Positions 60,116 through 64,000 of a DNA stretch of 64,000 nt are shown one piece after another. Below the pieces are notes generated by a model. That model was not told the DNA's origin. It did no database searches and was given only the letters and a program-made list of their open reading frames with translations. How positions within the stretch are numbered: position 1 is the first letter of the stretch; every line of letters starts with the position of its first letter. A program made the position numbers and the translations under genes. This DNA comes from Planctomycetota bacterium (lineage in GTDB: Bacteria; Planctomycetota; GCA-002687715; DRQF01), in the NCBI GenBank assembly GCA_027001995.1, contig JALTLO010000197.1, positions 14,781 through 78,780 of the forward strand, in the 5' to 3' direction.

Positions 60116-62542
60116 TCATATCGTTTTTTCCCGTTGGGGCAAGGTGCGGATCATGAGGAAGGGAATGATGAGGATGACTGCGCCTACCACATAGGGGCTT
60201 GCATAGCTGAATCGCCAATAGAGGAGTCCCCCCAGGACAGGACCAACAGTTCGCCCCAAAGCACCGATAGAGCGATAGACACCGATGATCCGACCTTGCT
60301 CGTGTTCCGGAGCATAGAAGGAAACCAAGGACGTGAGACAAGGGATGACCATGGCAGAACCGGTGGCCATGAGGCTAAGCCCGACATAGAGCAAAAAGAC
60401 GCTTCCCAAGTTGCCGGCCATGGCAATCAAAATGAGCCCAGGGATGAGAATCTTGAGCCCCTTTTGGGTGACGACTGATTCACCGATCAATGCTGCCTTT
60501 CGTCTGACGTAACCTCCTTGTACCATCGATAGGACGACACCAATGAACACGAAAAGCATGCCGTTTTCTGCCGCGCTGTAGTCCAGCTTTTCGAACGTCA
60601 AGAAGGTCAGCATGTTTTCGGCGGCACCAAAAGCCGAAAGGAAAATGAAATTGACCCAAACGACGGCAGATACCCCAGGATAGCTTTCCATGTGGAAGAG
60701 CTTGATGGGGTTGATGGTGCGATAGAGTTTACCTTTGCCTCGTTTCTCGGGAGGAAGAGTCTCTGGGAATTTTCTCAGGACGAAAACAAAGTTCCAGACG
60801 CAAAGGAGAAAAGCGATCAGAGCCGGAGCAGAGAAGGGGTTGATACCCCAATCGGAGCCTCCACTGAGCCACTGGTGAAGAGGAATAAATGCGGCGCTAA
60901 GTCCGCCAATTGCCGGCCCCAAGATGAATCCGAGACCAAAGGCAATGCCAATGATGGCCATACCTTTGGAGCGAGTTTGCTCGGTGGTGGTATCAGAAAC
61001 CGCTGCAGTGGCTGTTGTGATATTGCTGCCCATGAGACCGGAGAGCAAACGTGAAATGACGAGCAGCAAGAAGCTGCCAGAAAACACCCAAATCAAATAG
61101 GCCACAGCATTGCCGAGAATCGAGAAGAGCAAGATGGGGCGGCGACCGACGCGGTCGGACACAGCTCCAAAGACTGGAGCCATGGCGAATTGAAGAAAGG
61201 AGTAGAGGAAGACTAAGAGTCCGCCGAATAGGGCCATAGTGGCTTTTGGGTTGTCTGAACCTCCGGTGATGCCCCGAATTCCTTCCATGAGGGCACCGAA
61301 CAGACCGGTCTCACCTTCTATGGCATTGTAGTAGTTGAGCATCTCTGGGAAGAGGGGAAACATGATGGAGAAACCGATGAGATCGATGAACAAAGTCAGG
61401 AACATCGTTTTCAGAACACTTCGGTCTTTGGGTGAAAGGGCTCCGTCAGGATACTTGTCTAACCCAAGGTAGGGGCATGTCTCGCATTGCTTGGGGGCGT
61501 GGCAACACCCCTGTTCGGGAACTTCAATGGGACAAGCACGGGGAATCGGGAGTTCTGGGGAAGTAGGTGTTGCTGAAGTAGACTCATCCTGAGGTAACAT
61601 GACATCTTTGGCAAAGTCCTGTGCCCAATCCTCATCGTCATTGAGGCATCTCACCACATGGAACTCGCTCCCACCATGTCTCAAGAATATCTCTCTCAGG
61701 CCGATACCTACCTCTTCTTGGGTTTCTAAATTGTCGACCACGAATGCTGGGCAAACCACGGTGATTTTCTTGACCCCATTTTGGGCCATCTGGATGATTG
61801 TCTCTTCCGTACTTGGTGCTAACCAAGGTTCCCGACCGAATCTTGACTGGAAGGTGAGGTGAGTGTGTTTCGGATTGTGCTTGGTTCCCTGTGCTAAGAG
61901 GGTGGCGGTTTCGACGCATTGATCGAAGTAGGGGTCGCCTCCTCGGATGCGGCGGATGGGATAGCCATGAAAAGAGAAGAGCAATTCTTCAGGAGGATCC
62001 GCTTCGAGGCTCTCGTTGATCTTCTGGACTGTGTTGTTGATATAGGCCGGACTCTTGTGGAAGTTCTCGACAAAGGTGATCTCCATTGGCCCTATTTCTC
62101 TCAGCGCCTTGTCGAGGGCATCTCTGCAAGAAAGTGTGGTGGCTTCGCAAAACTGAGGAAACATGGGAATCACCCGGACATGCTCGCAACCCCTGTCCTT
62201 TAGTTCTCTCAGTTGTGAGGTGACGGAAGGGGGGCTGAGAATGTAGGAGAAGGCTAGTTCTATTTGCGTTCCATCAATGTGGGTTTGAAGCTTCTCAACA
62301 AATGATTCCGTAAACTGAAACAGCGGAAAGGTGGAGCCAGTCCAAATGCTTCTGTAGGCCGCGGCCGATTTGGGGGAGCGAGAAGGGAGGATGAAGAGGT
62401 TCAGCACCAGTTTCCACACCAAATCTTGTTTGTCGACCACACGGGGGTCGCCAAGAAATTCTCGGAGGTATTCCTTCACATCGCTGACTTGGGGGCTTTT
62501 GGGAGAGCCCAATTGAATCAAGAGAATACCGAGTTTCTTCAT
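60116..62542 (-). CDS. hemH: Ferrochelatase (N-terminal ~330 aa, with Cys-rich C-terminal extension) fused to an MFS transporter (C-terminal ~430 aa)
   Basis: The N-terminus matches ferrochelatase (LLIQLGSP..., conserved His/Glu regions). The linker CPIEVPEQGCCHAPKQCETCPY resembles the 2Fe-2S ligand cluster of some ferrochelatases. The C-terminal half has 12 TM helices and MFS motif A GAVSDRVGRRP. Confidence 0.7.
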   Translation of the reverse strand: MKKLGILLIQLGSPKSPQVSDVKEYLREFLGDPRVVDKQDLVWKLVLNLFILPSRSPKSAAAYRSIWTGSTFPLFQFTESFVEKLQTHIDGTQIELAFSYILSPPSVTSQLRELKDRGCEHVRVIPMFPQFCEATTLSCRDALDKALREIGPMEITFVENFHKSPAYINNTVQKINESLEADPPEELLFSFHGYPIRRIRGGDPYFDQCVETATLLAQGTKHNPKHTHLTFQSRFGREPWLAPSTEETIIQMAQNGVKKITVVCPAFVVDNLETQEEVGIGLREIFLRHGGSEFHVVRCLNDDEDWAQDFAKDVMLPQDESTSATPTSPELPIPRACPIEVPEQGCCHAPKQCETCPYLGLDKYPDGALSPKDRSVLKTMFLTLFIDLIGFSIMFPLFPEMLNYYNAIEGETGLFGALMEGIRGITGGSDNPKATMALFGGLLVFLYSFLQFAMAPVFGAVSDRVGRRPILLFSILGNAVAYLIWVFSGSFLLLVISRLLSGLMGSNITTATAAVSDTTTEQTRSKGMAIIGIAFGLGFILGPAIGGLSAAFIPLHQWLSGGSDWGINPFSAPALIAFLLCVWNFVFVLRKFPETLPPEKRGKGKLYRTINPIKLFHMESYPGVSAVVWVNFIFLSAFGAAENMLTFLTFEKLDYSAAENGMLFVFIGVVLSMVQGGYVRRKAALIGESVVTQKGLKILIPGLILIAMAGNLGSVFLLYVGLSLMATGSAMVIPCLTSLVSFYAPEHEQGRIIGVYRSIGALGRTVGPVLGGLLYWRFSYASPYVVGAVILIIPFLMIRTLPQREKTI

Positions 62543-62623
62543 GTCGCACTCTTATGGTTGTATCTAGTCGCGGGATCTCTTGAAAGGAATCGCTTCCCAG
62601 GAATTGAAGAGACATGGGCACTA

Positions 62624-63043
62624 TCACTTAGAATCACAGGACTTGTTGGTGAGTCCATCCAAGCGCGCATTTGTTAAATGGCCTTTTATCAACTCTTGAA
62701 GTTGAACGAAGACCTGTGTCACCGCACAACCCCCACTGGCAGGACAATTGCCTTCGACTTGAGTCTCACAGACGTTCATGGCCAGAGGACCTTCGAGAGC
62801 TTCAAGAATTTGGAGGAGGTCAATTTCCTTGGCTGGACGTCCCAGAGAATAACCACGCTTGGCTCCTCGATGGGCTTGAACAATACCAAAGCGGGTCAGG
62901 GACTGAAGGATGTTTGATAAGTAGTTGGCTGGGGCCCCAATTCCTTCAGCGATATCCACCAGAACGACGGGGCAATGCTCACTTTGCTCCGCTAAGAAGA
63001 CAGTGGCACGAATGGCGTATTCCGTGCCGCGATTGATCTGCAT
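62624..63043 (-). CDS. Rrf2-family transcriptional regulator (NsrR/IscR-like, three Cys ligands)
   Basis: N-terminal wHTH (GTEYAIRATVFLA...). A C-x7-C-x5-C cluster (CETQVEGNCPASGGC). Divergent from a nitric oxide reductase gene. Confidence 0.8.
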   Translation of the reverse strand: MQINRGTEYAIRATVFLAEQSEHCPVVLVDIAEGIGAPANYLSNILQSLTRFGIVQAHRGAKRGYSLGRPAKEIDLLQILEALEGPLAMNVCETQVEGNCPASGGCAVTQVFVQLQELIKGHLTNARLDGLTNKSCDSK

Positions 63044-63122
63044 GGGTAATTCCTTTCAGTCCCAACCTGACCCTGAGGTCTTCTCATTCATTTTGTTGGC
63101 AAATCTCTGACTTTCAAGATAT

Positions 63123-63151
63123 AGTCACTCAACTCACTCACTTGAGTGACT
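63123..63151. promoter_or_regulatory. Perfect 10-bp inverted repeat AGTCACTCAA-n9-TTGAGTGACT in the Rrf2/qNOR divergent intergenic region; candidate Rrf2 (NsrR-like) operator
   Basis: Direct reading. It lies 39 bp upstream of the qNOR ATG. Confidence 0.5.
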
Positions 63152-63189
63152 TTGACAACTTGATCCTTCCTAAACCCTCGGAGTTAGCT

Positions 63190-64000
63190 CATGAACCTCA
63201 TGTCGTGGATAGACAAACGTCAGCAATGGTGGAAGGTCTTTGTCATCATCTTCACCATCAGCATCAGTGTCGTGGGATATATTGGTTATCAGACTTACGA
63301 ATATGCTCCCCCTCTCGCTGATTTCCGCTCCGACACCGGTGAGCTTGTTTTTTCTGGCAAAGCCATCACGGATGGTCAACAAATCTTTCTGCGTTATGGG
63401 CTTATGGACTATGGAACTTTCTTAGGCGACGGAGCACTTCGGGGCCCAGATTTCACGGCGGAGGCTCTTAATCGCGCAGCCAAGGCGATGAACAAGTTTC
63501 ATGAGGCTGAGTGGTTGGAGAAGATGCCTGACGAGGAGAATCGAAAGGTCATTGTTCAATCACTTGTGCAGGCTGAGATCAAAGAAAACCGCTACGACGA
63601 AGTCAGCAACACAGTGACTCTGACGAAGGCTCAGGTTGCGGCCTGGGAGGACTTGCTTCAATTTAATACTGAGAGGTTTGCCGAGGGCGGTCCTTTGGCG
63701 GGCAAGGAAGCCTTTAAGCCGGAAAACTACATCACTGACCCACAAGAAATCGCGGATCTCACGGCTTTCTTCTTTTGGGGTGGGTGGCTCTGCGGGGCGG
63801 AGCGGCCAGGCTTTGACTACAGCTATACCCAGAATTGGCCTTTTGATCCTCTTGCTGGCAACGCTCCCGCTGCGGGGGTGATGTTCTGGAGCGTGATTGG
63901 CGGGTTGGTATTGATTCTATCCATGGGGCTTGTGTTCTACTTGTACGGCAAGCTCGATCGGGAATCTGTTTTTGAAGCTCAAGAATCCAAGACGCCACCG
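63190..64000 (+). CDS. norZ: Quinol-dependent nitric oxide reductase (qNOR, NorZ/NorB-like), N-terminal part; 3'-truncated by window edge
   Basis: An N-terminal TM helix, then the qNOR-specific periplasmic domain. The block FFFWGGWLCGAERPGFDYSYTQNWPFDPLAGNAP parallels Neisseria NorB FFFWTSWSASTNRPDETFTYTNNWPHEPLINNVP. Not in the ORF track because it runs off the end. Confidence 0.75.

Noticed and set aside
1-64000. tRNA, rRNA, CRISPR arrays, transposases/integrases
   Set aside because: Scanned the intergenic regions for T-loop GTTCGA/GGTTC motifs, regularly spaced direct repeats and IS-like terminal inverted repeats. None found. Without covariance models a degenerate tRNA could be missed.

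Overview
This 64 kb window looks like chromosomal DNA from a Planctomycetota-like bacterium. That attribution rests on three things: about 52% GC, hallmark DUF1549/DUF1553 + DUF1501 pairs with a PSCyt-type cytochrome domain, and three Ser/Thr kinases with TPR tails, one of them paired with an ECF sigma factor. I could support about 38 protein-coding genes. I found no rRNA, tRNA, CRISPR array or obvious mobile element.

Gene content, in order along the window:
- An envelope-glycosylation cluster of GT-C-type membrane glycosyltransferases, with a multi-zinc-ribbon protein truncated at the window edge.
- map (methionine aminopeptidase) and a saccharopine dehydrogenase-family gene.
- A TolB-propeller / M28 peptidase / PDZ protein.
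- An FhuD/FecCD/FecE-type ABC uptake operon.
- A tightly coupled minus-strand operon: a 2026-aa Hhe-like superfamily-1 helicase (DUF4011, AAA_11/AAA_12, Vsr/DUF559-like nuclease fold, DUF3320 tail) with an N-terminal transglutaminase-like domain, then a degenerate-receiver/EAL protein, then glucokinase.
- An AsmA-like giant envelope protein with a lysine-rich repetitive C-terminus, followed by a radical-SAM protein.
- An MBOAT (AlgI/DltB-like) and AlgJ/DltD-like pair of lower GC.
- purF.
- A NAD-type formate dehydrogenase in which the ORF caller split the alpha subunit at an in-frame TGA. I read that codon as selenocysteine: it sits in the conserved SR-x-U-H-x-P-x-V active-site motif and is followed 11 nt later by an fdhF-like SECIS hairpin with a GGUCU loop. 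The beta subunit is a fused NuoE/NuoF-like protein.
- msrA.
- A ferrochelatase-MFS transporter fusion.
- An Rrf2 (NsrR-like) regulator divergent from a quinol-dependent nitric oxide reductase that runs off the window end, with a perfect 10-bp inverted repeat between them.

Most notable hunt result: a thioredoxin-fold / CXXCH / double-PDZ periplasmic protein whose redox motif reads U-V-P-U-R-D-C. That is two in-frame TGA codons exactly where the CVPC cysteines would be. It is therefore either a second selenoprotein (diselenide-type) or a decaying pseudogene, and it also carries a homopolymer frameshift in its signal-peptide region.

Other observations: a frameshifted outer-membrane beta-barrel gene, an orphan strong intrinsic terminator in a 640-bp divergent intergenic region (small RNA or leader candidate), in-frame tandem repeats in two envelope proteins, and several palindromic operator-like sites.

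Every functional call is from reading motifs by eye. None is confirmed by a database search.
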